Positions 25,201 to 34,881 of a DNA stretch of 64,000 nucleotides are shown here, one piece after another (the first letter of the stretch is position 1; each line of letters begins with the position of its first letter). The notes beneath the pieces were generated by a model that had not been told where the DNA came from, did not search any database, and saw only the letters and a program-made list of their open reading frames with translations. The translations under genes were made by a program, and so were the position numbers. The stretch is from a virus, in IMG/VR virus record IMGVR_UViG_3300028840_006907, positions 224,001-288,000 of that record; one strand, given 5' to 3'.

Positions 25201-28200
25201 AAGGAATCCAAGGTCAGACTGGAATCCAGGGGCAAACTGGAGTCCAGGGTGAAACAGGTATAGAAGGATCTTTATGGGCTGGATTTAGTTATAATGCCAA
25301 GACTGATGATCAGTCAGATACAGATCCTGGTACAGGGAATCTTAAATGGAGTACTGTTGCTCAGGTAAATGCGGGTGAACTTTATGTAGATGATACTGAT
25401 CAATATTCCATAGATTTAAGTAATTTTTATCTTACGTTAAAGGCTGGTGATTCTCTTCGAATAATTCGTCAGGAAGACCCTTCTCAATATCAAATTTATA
25501 ATATAACAAATGTTACAGATAGAACAGGTTGGTTCCGTCTTAGTGTGACCTATGTTACTTCAGGTGGATCTACTTTCAGTCTTAATGATAATATTATTCT
25601 TGTTTTTGTTAAAGCTGGAATTCAAGGTCAGACAGGTGCCCAAGGTATTCAAGGTCAAACAGGAGTCCAAGGAATTCAAGGACAGACTGGAGTTCAAGGA
25701 GCCACAGGTACCCAAGGAATTCAGGGGCCACAAGGCCAGATAGGTCTTCAAGGTACTACTGGGGTCCAAGGTGAAACCGGAGTCCAGGGCACACAAGGTC
25801 AGACGGGTATCCAGGGTACAACAGGTGCCGGGATTCAGGGTCAAACCGGAGTCCAGGGAATTCAGGGTCAAACCGGTATTCAAGGTCAAACAGGAGCAGG
25901 TATTCAGGGAGCTACTGGTATTGCTGGTATAGATGGTCAGACTGGAATCCAGGGTGAAACCGGAATTCAGGGCCAAACTGGAGCTGGTATTCAGGGAGCT
26001 ACTGGTATTGCTGGTATAGATGGTCAGACTGGAATCCAGGGTGAAACCGGAATTCAGGGCCAAACTGGAGCTGGAATCCAAGGTGAAACCGGTATCCAAG
26101 GAATTCAAGGATTAACAGGTATTCAAGGTACAACTGGTGCTGGCATTCAGGGAGAAACTGGAGTACAGGGTACACAAGGTCAAACAGGTGTTCAAGGTCA
26201 AACAGGTGCCGGAATTCAGGGTGAAACCGGAGTCCAGGGCACACAAGGTCAAACCGGTATTCAGGGTCAAACTGGCGCTGGTATCCAAGGTGTGACAGGA
26301 ATTCAAGGAATACAAGGACAAACTGGTATCCAGGGTCAAACGGGTGCCGGAATCCAAGGAGAAACCGGAGTCCAGGGAGAAACAGGAATACAAGGTCAGA
26401 CTGGTGCAGGAATCCAGGGAACTACTGGTGTTCAAGGCGTCCAAGGATTAACAGGTGTCCAGGGTCAAACTGGTGCTGGTATTCAAGGTGAAACCGGAGT
26501 CCAGGGTACTCAAGGTTTAACTGGTATACAGGGTCAGACAGGTGCTGGCATTCAGGGAGAAACCGGGGTCCAGGGAGAAACTGGAATACAAGGTCAGACT
26601 GGTGCAGGGATTCAGGGTGTGACAGGAATTCAAGGTCAAACTGGAGTTCAGGGAACTACAGGAATCCAGGGTCAAACAGGTGTTGGGATCCAGGGTGTGA
26701 CTGGAGTTCAAGGAATTCAAGGTCAAACCGGTATTCAAGGTCAAACCGGTATTCAAGGTGAAACCGGAGTGTCTGGAGCTACAGGTATTCAGGGAATTCA
26801 AGGTCAAACCGGAATCCAGGGTCAGACCGGAGTCCAAGGAGAAACAGGTGTACAAGGTTCTACAGGTGTATTAGGTGATCCTAATTGGATAGATTTTGTA
26901 CCTCAAGCATCTGCTCCTAGTCATCAGGAAGCTCGCCTTTTTTATGATTCAACAGACCATTCATTGAGTTATTACAATGAAGAATCTGATGTTACCCTGA
27001 ATTTAGGTCGTGAATTATATATCAGAGTGTATAATGCAACAGTTTCAACAATAACTAACGGTCAAGTAGTTTATGTCACAGGTGTTGCTGCAGGATACCC
27101 CACAATAGATTTAGCAGATGGTAGTGATTTAACTAAGACTAATAATATAGGAGTGGCTACTCATAATATAGAAGCCTCAACATTTGGTTATATCACATTA
27201 TTTGGATTAGTAAGAGATATTAATACTAATGCTTTCAGTGCTGGTGATGAAGTTTGGTTAAGTGAAAGTACTCCAGGTGGTTACCAGTCTTTTGCAGGTA
27301 CATATGCCGTTAAAATAGGTTATGTTGTTGTTTCAGATACATTAAATGGTTCAATAATGGTAGCTATGGGTGATACGGAAGCTACTATAGCTGGATTGAA
27401 TGATGTAAATCTTACTAGTATCTCTGATGGTCAGTATTTACAATGGGACTCGGATTCTACTAAATGGGTTAATGTTTCTGAAAGTCCTCAAGGTGATACA
27501 GGTATCCAAGGAGCAACTGGAGTTCAAGGAATTCAAGGAACTACAGGAGTTCAAGGAGCAACTGGAGTTCAAGGTATTCAAGGAACCACAGGAATTCAAG
27601 GACAGACCGGAGTTCAGGGTGAAACCGGAATTCAAGGAACTACAGGAGTCCAGGGAGAAACTGGTACTGCAGGAATAGACGGTCAGACAGGAGTTCAGGG
27701 TGAAACCGGTATTGCAGGAATAGATGGTCAGACAGGAGTTCAAGGTACTACCGGAGTTCAGGGAATTCAAGGAACTACAGGAATTCAGGGAGAAACCGGT
27801 ACTGCAGGAATAGACGGTCAGACAGGAGTTCAAGGTGAAACTGGAACTGCAGGAATAGACGGTCAGACAGGAGTTCAAGGTACTACCGGAGTTCAAGGAA
27901 CCACTGGAATTCAAGGTACTACCGGAATTCAGGGAACTACTGGAATTCAGGGAGAAACCGGTACTGCAGGAATAGACGGTCAGACAGGAGTCCAAGGTAC
28001 TACTGGGATTCAGGGGGAAACCGGAGTCCAAGGTACCACAGGGATTCAGGGAGAAACCGGAGTCCAAGGTACTACTGGAATTCAGGGAGAAACTGGTGTT
28101 TTTGGGATTGTCAATTATATCGATTATGAACCTCAAGATACAGTTCCTTCTCATTTAGAAGGTCGTACCTTTTATGACAGTACAGATCATTCTTTAAGTT

Positions 28201-31200
28201 ATTATTTAGATTCAACCGATGTGACTCTTAATATAGGGCAAGAATTTCTTATTCGAGTTGAGAATAAATCGGGTGGAGCAATAGTAGATGGTCAAGCAGT
28301 CTACGTCACTGGTTCTAATGAAGATGTCCCTGAAGTAAATCTAGCAAAAGCAGATTCTTCAAATACTTCTGAGGTTTTAGGTATTGCTACTCAGGTAATT
28401 GAAAATGATACGCAAGGTTATGTTACTTGTGCTGGAAAAATACGTAACTTAAATACTAGTGATTGGACTTCAGGAGATTTACTTTATTTATCTGATAAAA
28501 CTGCTGGTGCATTGACCAATGTTCAACCTTCAGGTAATAGTAATATATTTAGTGTTCATATAGGTCTTGTTATAAGATCACATGCTAGCGATGGTGTTAT
28601 TTTTGCTCACCGTCATATTCCTCATTACCGTCCAGAACAGTTAAGAGATACCACTGCATCTTCTTTAACTGATGGTCAGGTTTTATCTTATGAAAGTAGT
28701 ACAGATAGATGGATAAATAGCACTTTACCTTCAATTACACAATCTATAGATAGAAATGAACCTGGTGGTTTTGTCAACAGAACAGACAGTACAGTAGGTT
28801 TTACTGAATCTACTCGTACTTTGCAAGTTACAACCGCGAGTTCTTATGATATCTATCAGGCTGGTACTAAATATACAATTAATGCAACCGATTCTACTCA
28901 AATTCCTGATACAAATGGTTTGCACTATATTTATTTCGATACCACTAATATGACTGTACAAACGAATCCAGCACTTCAGAATATTCTAGATATCATATAT
29001 GAAAAATCTCTTATTGCTGCGATATATTGGAACTCTTCCGATGATAGAGCTATTATAACCAATGATGAACGTCATGGTATTGTGATGGATGGTAGGACCC
29101 ATTCTTATCTTCATACTACTAGAGGAACTCAATATACATCACCAGGCTTAACTCCTGGAGATTTTGATATTGATGGAGCTGGAAGTAATGACAGTGCCAG
29201 TCAAATGAGTATTTCTGATGGGCAAATACAAGATGAAGATATTTGGTTTGAAATTCAAGATGGTAATCCTCAAATATTAGATCCTATAGCTGAAATTCCT
29301 GTTATTTATAAAGATGGTGCAGGAGCTGAATGGAAAATAAAATATTGGACAGCTTCATGGGCATCTGCAACCTCTTATCCTACTGGTACTATAATAAGAG
29401 AGAGTAATTCTTATTTTAGATCTAGTGGAGGAACTTCAGGTGGTGCTCTTCCTGCTTTTTCTGCAAATCGTGAACCAGGTGATACTATTGTTGATAATAC
29501 AATTACGTGGACAAATGTTGGTTCTCCATTGTCTCCTGTGATTAATTTTGTGGGAGGTAATTATAGATTAGCATATAATCAGTTTACTGGTGGGGCATGG
29601 CAACAAACCGAAGTAACAAATGGTAATTATGTTCTTACTCATATATTTGCTACGACTGATATTTTTCATCCTATTATGGCTATTCAAGGTGAGAATGAGT
29701 ATGGTAATGTTGCTGCAGCTAGAGCAGGAGCTTTAACAGAACTAGATAGTATTGTATTGTCTGGATTGGATTTTCCTGAATCAATATTTCTTGCTACAGT
29801 TATTTTTCAGACTAATAATACTTATACTAATCAAGTAAAAGCTCGAACTATCTCAACTGATACAGGTGATGATTTTATAGATTGGAGATTTTCTCAAATC
29901 AATGCAGCCTCAACAGGTGATCAAGGTCCTCAAGGAGAAACTGGTGTTCAAGGGGTACAGGGTGAAACCGGAGTACAGGGTGAAACCGGAGTAGCAGGAG
30001 CAACTGGTGTTCAAGGAATACAAGGCCAGACTGGAATCCAGGGAGAAACTGGAATTCAAGGAGCCACAGGTGTTGCCGGAGCAACTGGTGTTCAAGGGAT
30101 CCAAGGTCAGACTGGAATCCAAGGAGAAACTGGAATTCAAGGAACTACGGGAGTAGCAGGAGCAACTGGTGTCCAAGGAATCCAAGGAGAAACCGGAATT
30201 CAAGGAGAAACCGGAATTCAAGGAGCAACTGGTGTTCAAGGTATTCAAGGAACAACCGGAGTTCAAGGAATTCAGGGAACCACAGGAGTTCAGGGTGAAA
30301 CCGGAGTCCAAGGAATTCAAGGAACCACAGGAATTCAAGGAATTCAAGGAACCACAGGAGTTCAGGGTGAAACCGGAGTCCAAGGAATTCAAGGAACCAC
30401 AGGAATTCAGGGTGAAACCGGAATTCAAGGAATTCAAGGAACCACAGGAGTTCAGGGAACCACAGGAGTTCAAGGAATACAAGGAACCACAGGAGTTCAG
30501 GGTGAAACCGGAGTCCAAGGAATTCAAGGAACCACAGGAGTTCAGGGAGAAACTGGAGTTCAGGGGATCCAGGGTCAGACTGGAATTCAGGGAGAAACTG
30601 GAGTAGCCGGAGCAACTGGAGTACAGGGCCAAACAGGAGTTCAAGGAATCCAAGGTCAAACTGGTATACAGGGAGAAACCGGAGTAGCCGGAGCAACCGG
30701 AGTACAGGGTCAAACAGGAGTTCAAGGAATCCAAGGACAAACTGGTGTTCAAGGAGCAACCGGAGTAGCCGGAGCTACTGGAGTTCAGGGAGAAACAGGA
30801 ATTCAAGGAATCCAAGGACAAACTGGTATACAGGGAGAAACCGGGGTAGCCGGAGCAACCGGAGTACAGGGCCAAACAGGAGTTCAAGGAATTCAAGGAA
30901 ATACTGGTGTTCAAGGAGCAACCGGAGTTCAAGGAACTCAAGGAGATACTGGAGTTCAAGGAACAACTGGTGTTCAAGGTGAAACCGGTTTAGAAGCAGC
31001 TTATCATTTCTTTGCGGATCAGTTGGATAGTCCTAATAATGCTGATTGGGCTGTTAATGCTCTTGCTCCAGCTTCTGCTGATACTACAAATAATGCTCTT
31101 GTTGTACGTCGGTTTGATGATACGGATGAAGAAGGTGTAGGATTTATGGTAAATATTCCAACAGGAAGGACAAATATAGTATTTGGATTTAAGAGTAGGG

Positions 31201-31487
31201 CTGAAACAGCTCCTGGATCGGCGCATAATGTAAAACCAAAGGTATATGTCAGGGAAATACCTGATAATACTACTGTGGAAAGTTGGTCTTCTGGTTATGA
31301 TTTAAATGCTTTAAGTATGCCAACAAATACCTATTTTCAATATGATTCTCAATCTGTAGCTTTTACCGCTCTTGATATTACAGGTGGGAGATTGGCTCAA
31401 TTTGAAGTAACAAGAGATCATACGGGTGTAACTCCTGATTTAACTGGTGACTGGGACTTGCTAGAGCTTAATGTTTCATTTACCTAG
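22251..31487 (+). CDS. giant modular collagen-like virion fibre/fibril protein
   Basis: AAGGAG RBS; 3,078 aa. Five G-X-Y tracts (about nt 22383-23600, 23950-25260, 25616-26870, 27486-28100, 29916-30990). They are separated by two copies of a ~118-aa module (FAGFNYKAKTD...DRTGWFRLSVT), two copies of a second module (DPNWIDFVPQASAPSHQEARLFYDSTDHSLSYY / IVNYIDYEPQDTVPSHLEGRTFYDSTDHSLSYY), one ~400-aa unique globular region and a ~165-aa C-terminal domain. Confidence 0.9.
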   Translation: MAKTKRKWIELDWYNPNALRAQDIPYDQTESVKDAIDRAASGVLGPTGTTGSTGSTGSTGPTGPTGATGATGAGIQGETGVAGVQGATGTGGGGDTGVQGETGLPGATGIQGTTGIQGTTGIQGETGIQGHTGTVGTTGVQGETGSQGTTGIQGETGVKGETGIQGQTGIAGGAGFPGATGVQGETGVQGTTGVQGETGVQGTTGVAGATGVQGTTGVQGTTGIQGETGVQGDTGVGATGIQGTTGIQGQTGVQGITGAYGGPPGETGVKGETGVQGATGIQGLQGLQGTKGETGTQGIQGQTGVQGETGVQGQTGTGAPGATGVQGQTGIQGTTGIGLGSTGVAGATGIQGTTGVQGRTGVQGFTGAAGLGETGIQGATGVQGATGIQGTTGAGIQGATGISGDTGVQGATGIRGTTGAGIQGATGVQGIQGQTGAQGETGVQGETGIEGSQFAGFNYKAKTDNQSDTDPGIGNLKWSAVAQVTSSELYVDDADVNSTDLSNFYLTLKAADSLRIVRMEDPSQYQIFNITNVTDRTGWFRLSVTPVVSGGSTFSLNDNIILIFSISGPRGQTGVKGETGIQGTTGVAGATGVQGQTGIQGQTGIQGIQGQTGIQGQTGIQGQTGIQGQTGVGAQGATGVAGQTGVQGETGIQGQTGAGIQGTTGVQGVQGLTGVQGQTGAGIQGETGVQGTQGLTGIQGQTGAGIQGETGVQGNTGAFGGPPGETGVQGETGAQGLTGVQGQTGAGIQGATGIQGVTGVQGQTGAGIQGVTGIQGQTGIQGQTGVAGQTGVQGIQGQTGVAGQTGVQGIQGQTGIAGQTGVQGIQGQTGIQGQTGAGIQGTTGVAGATGVQGIQGQTGAGIQGTTGVQGTTGVQGETGTGIQGETGTQGIQGQTGIQGQTGIQGNTGVKGETGVQGFPGPQGTKGDTGAQGIQGETGTQGIQGQTGVAGETGVQGQTGTQGIQGQTGVAGATGAGIQGQTGVQGIQGQTGIQGQTGVQGETGIEGSLWAGFSYNAKTDDQSDTDPGTGNLKWSTVAQVNAGELYVDDTDQYSIDLSNFYLTLKAGDSLRIIRQEDPSQYQIYNITNVTDRTGWFRLSVTYVTSGGSTFSLNDNIILVFVKAGIQGQTGAQGIQGQTGVQGIQGQTGVQGATGTQGIQGPQGQIGLQGTTGVQGETGVQGTQGQTGIQGTTGAGIQGQTGVQGIQGQTGIQGQTGAGIQGATGIAGIDGQTGIQGETGIQGQTGAGIQGATGIAGIDGQTGIQGETGIQGQTGAGIQGETGIQGIQGLTGIQGTTGAGIQGETGVQGTQGQTGVQGQTGAGIQGETGVQGTQGQTGIQGQTGAGIQGVTGIQGIQGQTGIQGQTGAGIQGETGVQGETGIQGQTGAGIQGTTGVQGVQGLTGVQGQTGAGIQGETGVQGTQGLTGIQGQTGAGIQGETGVQGETGIQGQTGAGIQGVTGIQGQTGVQGTTGIQGQTGVGIQGVTGVQGIQGQTGIQGQTGIQGETGVSGATGIQGIQGQTGIQGQTGVQGETGVQGSTGVLGDPNWIDFVPQASAPSHQEARLFYDSTDHSLSYYNEESDVTLNLGRELYIRVYNATVSTITNGQVVYVTGVAAGYPTIDLADGSDLTKTNNIGVATHNIEASTFGYITLFGLVRDINTNAFSAGDEVWLSESTPGGYQSFAGTYAVKIGYVVVSDTLNGSIMVAMGDTEATIAGLNDVNLTSISDGQYLQWDSDSTKWVNVSESPQGDTGIQGATGVQGIQGTTGVQGATGVQGIQGTTGIQGQTGVQGETGIQGTTGVQGETGTAGIDGQTGVQGETGIAGIDGQTGVQGTTGVQGIQGTTGIQGETGTAGIDGQTGVQGETGTAGIDGQTGVQGTTGVQGTTGIQGTTGIQGTTGIQGETGTAGIDGQTGVQGTTGIQGETGVQGTTGIQGETGVQGTTGIQGETGVFGIVNYIDYEPQDTVPSHLEGRTFYDSTDHSLSYYLDSTDVTLNIGQEFLIRVENKSGGAIVDGQAVYVTGSNEDVPEVNLAKADSSNTSEVLGIATQVIENDTQGYVTCAGKIRNLNTSDWTSGDLLYLSDKTAGALTNVQPSGNSNIFSVHIGLVIRSHASDGVIFAHRHIPHYRPEQLRDTTASSLTDGQVLSYESSTDRWINSTLPSITQSIDRNEPGGFVNRTDSTVGFTESTRTLQVTTASSYDIYQAGTKYTINATDSTQIPDTNGLHYIYFDTTNMTVQTNPALQNILDIIYEKSLIAAIYWNSSDDRAIITNDERHGIVMDGRTHSYLHTTRGTQYTSPGLTPGDFDIDGAGSNDSASQMSISDGQIQDEDIWFEIQDGNPQILDPIAEIPVIYKDGAGAEWKIKYWTASWASATSYPTGTIIRESNSYFRSSGGTSGGALPAFSANREPGDTIVDNTITWTNVGSPLSPVINFVGGNYRLAYNQFTGGAWQQTEVTNGNYVLTHIFATTDIFHPIMAIQGENEYGNVAAARAGALTELDSIVLSGLDFPESIFLATVIFQTNNTYTNQVKARTISTDTGDDFIDWRFSQINAASTGDQGPQGETGVQGVQGETGVQGETGVAGATGVQGIQGQTGIQGETGIQGATGVAGATGVQGIQGQTGIQGETGIQGTTGVAGATGVQGIQGETGIQGETGIQGATGVQGIQGTTGVQGIQGTTGVQGETGVQGIQGTTGIQGIQGTTGVQGETGVQGIQGTTGIQGETGIQGIQGTTGVQGTTGVQGIQGTTGVQGETGVQGIQGTTGVQGETGVQGIQGQTGIQGETGVAGATGVQGQTGVQGIQGQTGIQGETGVAGATGVQGQTGVQGIQGQTGVQGATGVAGATGVQGETGIQGIQGQTGIQGETGVAGATGVQGQTGVQGIQGNTGVQGATGVQGTQGDTGVQGTTGVQGETGLEAAYHFFADQLDSPNNADWAVNALAPASADTTNNALVVRRFDDTDEEGVGFMVNIPTGRTNIVFGFKSRAETAPGSAHNVKPKVYVREIPDNTTVESWSSGYDLNALSMPTNTYFQYDSQSVAFTALDITGGRLAQFEVTRDHTGVTPDLTGDWDLLELNVSFT
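25899..26072 (+). repeat. exact 87-bp tandem duplication inside the collagen-like gene
   Basis: 25899-25985 and 25986-26072 are identical base for base (ggtattcagggagctactggtattgctggtatagatggtcag...ggccaaactggagct). Each copy encodes GIQGATGIAGIDGQTGIQGETGIQGQTGA. Confidence 0.9.
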
Positions 31488-31498
31488 AAGGAGTATTA

Positions 31499-32656
31499 AT
31501 GCCCGAATGGGGAATAGATACCGCAGGTACTACAACAACGACGCCGAATTGGTGTCGTGCTATGGGTGGAACCTCTCCCAATATAGACAATATGCTTTTA
31601 AAAAGTGTGTCTATATATGTAGGTTCTACTCATACTCAACAAATCCGATTAGCAGTTTATTCTGGTGGTAATTTAACGACAGGTCCTGATGGTGCAACTC
31701 TCGTTTATGATGCTGGGGTGACTTCTGGCACGGCTTTAAACACATGGTTAACTATAAATATTCCTACTGAAGTAATTCTTCCTAAAAATGCTGTGACATG
31801 GGTAGCATTTAGAAATAATGGTGGTTATATAATCCATTATTATGGTACCAGTCCAGCCGGAAATGATTTTCAAACTGCTCGTGGTAGATATAGCTCTACT
31901 GTTCTTGATGGAGATGAAACTTCAGCTTTTCCTTCTACATGGCCTTCTGATGGTGGAGCTTTTGCTGCTTTTTGGTATTCTACATATATTATTTATCAAA
32001 TAAGATATTATGGAGGATTATTTTTCGAATCATCGAGTAGTATGTATTTATCTTCCGTATCATCATTTACTCCTCCTGCAAATTGTTCTGTCTCTTTTTG
32101 GCTCTTTCATAGTAATGATGGTGGCACTCCTAGAATAGTTAGCCATAGTGATAATTGGGAAATATGGATAAATGCAAGTAATCAAATATCTAATGATATG
32201 AATTGGGGTACTTCTTTGGTATCTAGTGCTACTATTAATACTAATACACGATATTATATAGTATGTACAAGAGCTTCTGACAATACTTTACAAATATATG
32301 TAAATGGCCAATTTGATAATTCTAGTAGTGGTGGAACAGGTTCACCAGGATCGGCCACGTTTTATGTAGGTGTTAAACAAACATTATTACAATATTTTGA
32401 TGGTTATATAGAAGATTTAAGAATTTATAATAGAGTCCTTTCAGCAAATGAAATAGCCACTATTTATGGCTGTAAAGGAACAGATTCCATTACTTATGGC
32501 TTAATTCATAAATGGCCTATGCAAGAAAAGGCAATAGATGTGGTTGCTAGTGGAACCGGGTCTATAATAGATTTAGGTCCAAGTAGACTAGATTTGACTC
32601 CTAATAATAATCCTACTTATTCTGGAACACAATTGAAATTTAAAAGGTTTGGATAA
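31499..32656 (+). CDS. virion-associated protein with shared LamG-like (concanavalin-type) C-terminal domain, paralogue 1
   Basis: 385 aa with AAGGAG RBS. C-terminus: FTPPANCSVSFWL...WEIWI...YYIVCT...IYVNG...FDGYIEDLRIYNRVLSANEIATIYGCKGTDSITYGLIHKWPMQE. This stretch aligns with the last ~200 aa of the next three paralogues. Confidence 0.7.
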   Translation: MPEWGIDTAGTTTTTPNWCRAMGGTSPNIDNMLLKSVSIYVGSTHTQQIRLAVYSGGNLTTGPDGATLVYDAGVTSGTALNTWLTINIPTEVILPKNAVTWVAFRNNGGYIIHYYGTSPAGNDFQTARGRYSSTVLDGDETSAFPSTWPSDGGAFAAFWYSTYIIYQIRYYGGLFFESSSSMYLSSVSSFTPPANCSVSFWLFHSNDGGTPRIVSHSDNWEIWINASNQISNDMNWGTSLVSSATINTNTRYYIVCTRASDNTLQIYVNGQFDNSSSGGTGSPGSATFYVGVKQTLLQYFDGYIEDLRIYNRVLSANEIATIYGCKGTDSITYGLIHKWPMQEKAIDVVASGTGSIIDLGPSRLDLTPNNNPTYSGTQLKFKRFG

Positions 32657-34878
32657 TGGGTAAACAAATTTTTAGTTCAGAGGGTTCCGATACTTTCACT
32701 GTACCAAAAGGAGTGACTTCCATTACTGTCAAGGCATGGGGTGCAGGAGCTGGTGGTGGAGGGGGTGGAACGGCTAGTGTTGGTGGAGCCGGAGGTGGTG
32801 GAGGTTATGTTCAGGGTGATATATCTGTAACACCTGAAGAAACCCTTAATATTCATGTAGGTGGAAATGGAGGTTTAGGAACTTTTACAGGTACCGCAGC
32901 TTCTGGTGGTGGGGGAGGAGGTAAATCTTCAGTTTACAGAAGTACAACTCCTTTATTTGTAGCTGGCTCTGGAGGAGGCGGAGGTGGTGGTGATAATTCA
33001 TCAGGGACTCCGGCGGGAGCCGGAGGTGCTGGTGGAGGAAGTACTGGTGGGTCTGGTGGTTCTTCCGGAGGAGCTAGTGGCGGTAGTGGTGGCACTCAGT
33101 CAATTGGTGGAACACAGGGTTCTGGAGGTCAAAATGCAGGAGTTTTTGGAAAAGCTCGTGCAGAAACCACTTTAAATAATGCCTTAAATTTTGATGGTGA
33201 TCCTGAATATGTTACAATAGGAACAGATTCTGTTTTTAATTTTACTAATTCTTTTACCCTTGAATGTTGGATTAAACCCGATAATGTAACAGGATCTAAA
33301 AGGGTAATAAGTTCAAGATCATCTGATACCAATAATGGAGTTGGATTTGGTATTAACGGTAACAATCCTGCTTTTACAACATATGGTAAACAAGATTTTA
33401 CTTCTACTGGAACCGTTTCAGCAGGAGTTTGGGCTCATATAGCAGTAGTCTTTACTTCAGGTAATAATGCAAGATTTTATATAAATGGAGAGTTTATAAA
33501 TCAGGTAGACGGTACCCAAGCAGCTACAACTTCTGGTATATATATGGTTCTTGGTATGCTTGGTTTTTATGATGATGAACAATATTGGGTAGGTGAACTT
33601 GATGAAATAAGAATGTGGAATGATGAGCGTACTGATAAAGAGATATCTGATTATTATGCTCAAACTCTTACAGGTAGTGAAGCAAACTTAGTCGCTTACT
33701 ATAAATGTAATGAATCATCAGGTACAAATCTTCCCGACGAAACCACAAATAGTAATGATGGCACACTCCAAAATATGGAAGATGCTGATTGGGTTACATC
33801 AAGTTGGTCTCCATTGACAGACGCTGCTGATGCTGGGGCTGGTGGTGACGGTGGAATGGGTACTGGCACTGGGGGTGGTGGCTCTGGTGGCACAACATAT
33901 GGCGGTGATGGTGGAATTGGTGATAGTGGTGGCACCCCTGGATTTTCTGGCGGTGGCGGAGGCGGTGCAGGCTATGGTGGAGGTGGCGGGGGATCATGTT
34001 CGGTTTCTGGCGGAGACGCTGGTGGTGGTGGGGGCGCTGGCTCTAGCTATATTATAGGTACCGCTACGTCAACTACCAATACGCAAGCATCAGGCCAGAA
34101 TCCACCTAATACGGGCGACCCAGACTATACTGGTTCTGTAGGAGTTGGAGGAAATGGGGGTAGTACAAGTACAAATGGGAATAATGGTAATGATGGTTTA
34201 ATAGTTATCAGTTGGGTTGACCCTCCAGCATATATAGGTATGAAATTTGAATCAGATAGTTCACAATTTTTGTCTTCTGTAGCAAATTTTACCGCTCCTT
34301 CTAGTACAACTGTTACATTTTGGTTATCTTCTACTAATCTCACAGGATTAAAAAGAATTATTGGTTGGTCCGATTTTTGGGAAATAAAGACGATTGATAA
34401 TGATATATCTAATGATTTAAATGGAGAGTTAACCACTTATTCTACAACTCCATTAGATCTTAATACTCTTTATCATGTTGCTTGTACATATAATTCCTCT
34501 GATGATGCTGCGAAAGTATATATAGATGGGTCTCTTGATGGTACGGGTTCAAATACTGAAACTCCTTCTGGAACAACACTACAAATAGGTTTTAGACCTG
34601 GTGCACCTGACGGTTATTTTGACGGTTATTTAGGTGATATAAGAATTTATGATAGGGTTTTATCTGATTTTGAAATAGCCACAATTCATGCATGTCGAGG
34701 AACTGATGGAATAGTCCATGGTTTACGTAATAGGTATTTATTAAATGAAAGAGCAATGAATGTTGCTGCTGATGGGACAGGTTCGGTTAAAGATATGGCT
34801 CAGGATCAATTAAACATGACTCCAAATAATAGTCCTGTTTATGAAGGAACAACATTAAAATATAGAAGGATGGGTTGA
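32656..34878 (+). CDS. glycine-rich (polyglycine-type) + LamG + shared LamG-like C-terminal domain protein, paralogue 2
   Basis: 740 aa. N-terminal FTVPKGVTSITVKAWGAGAGGGGGG...GGGGYVQGDISVTPEETLNIHVGGNGG matches the Gly_rich family pattern. Central LamG motifs FTLECWIKPD, WAHIAVVF, FYINGEF, GELDEIRMWN. A second Gly-rich block, then C-terminal FDGYLGDIRIYDRVLSDFEIATIHACRGTDG. Confidence 0.75.
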   Translation: MGKQIFSSEGSDTFTVPKGVTSITVKAWGAGAGGGGGGTASVGGAGGGGGYVQGDISVTPEETLNIHVGGNGGLGTFTGTAASGGGGGGKSSVYRSTTPLFVAGSGGGGGGGDNSSGTPAGAGGAGGGSTGGSGGSSGGASGGSGGTQSIGGTQGSGGQNAGVFGKARAETTLNNALNFDGDPEYVTIGTDSVFNFTNSFTLECWIKPDNVTGSKRVISSRSSDTNNGVGFGINGNNPAFTTYGKQDFTSTGTVSAGVWAHIAVVFTSGNNARFYINGEFINQVDGTQAATTSGIYMVLGMLGFYDDEQYWVGELDEIRMWNDERTDKEISDYYAQTLTGSEANLVAYYKCNESSGTNLPDETTNSNDGTLQNMEDADWVTSSWSPLTDAADAGAGGDGGMGTGTGGGGSGGTTYGGDGGIGDSGGTPGFSGGGGGGAGYGGGGGGSCSVSGGDAGGGGGAGSSYIIGTATSTTNTQASGQNPPNTGDPDYTGSVGVGGNGGSTSTNGNNGNDGLIVISWVDPPAYIGMKFESDSSQFLSSVANFTAPSSTTVTFWLSSTNLTGLKRIIGWSDFWEIKTIDNDISNDLNGELTTYSTTPLDLNTLYHVACTYNSSDDAAKVYIDGSLDGTGSNTETPSGTTLQIGFRPGAPDGYFDGYLGDIRIYDRVLSDFEIATIHACRGTDGIVHGLRNRYLLNERAMNVAADGTGSVKDMAQDQLNMTPNNSPVYEGTTLKYRRMG

Positions 34879-34881
34879 TAA

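Noticed and set aside
22456-30977. Dozens of 60-355-aa ORFs in other frames and on the minus strand across the collagen-like gene (for example 22560-23228, 24459-25235, 27438-28154, 29910-30977).
   Set aside because: They are shadow ORFs created by the 9-bp-periodic GGN-NNN-NNN repeat. Their translations are low-complexity (SLNS..., KEFKE..., LEFLE...). They have no RBS and lie wholly inside a 9.2-kb ORF with a strong RBS.
22383-30990. Strongly periodic short DNA repeats that might be mistaken for a CRISPR array or satellite.
   Set aside because: The periodicity is 9 bp and in frame with a continuous ORF. There are no unique spacers of 25-40 bp between fixed repeats and no leader or cas genes.
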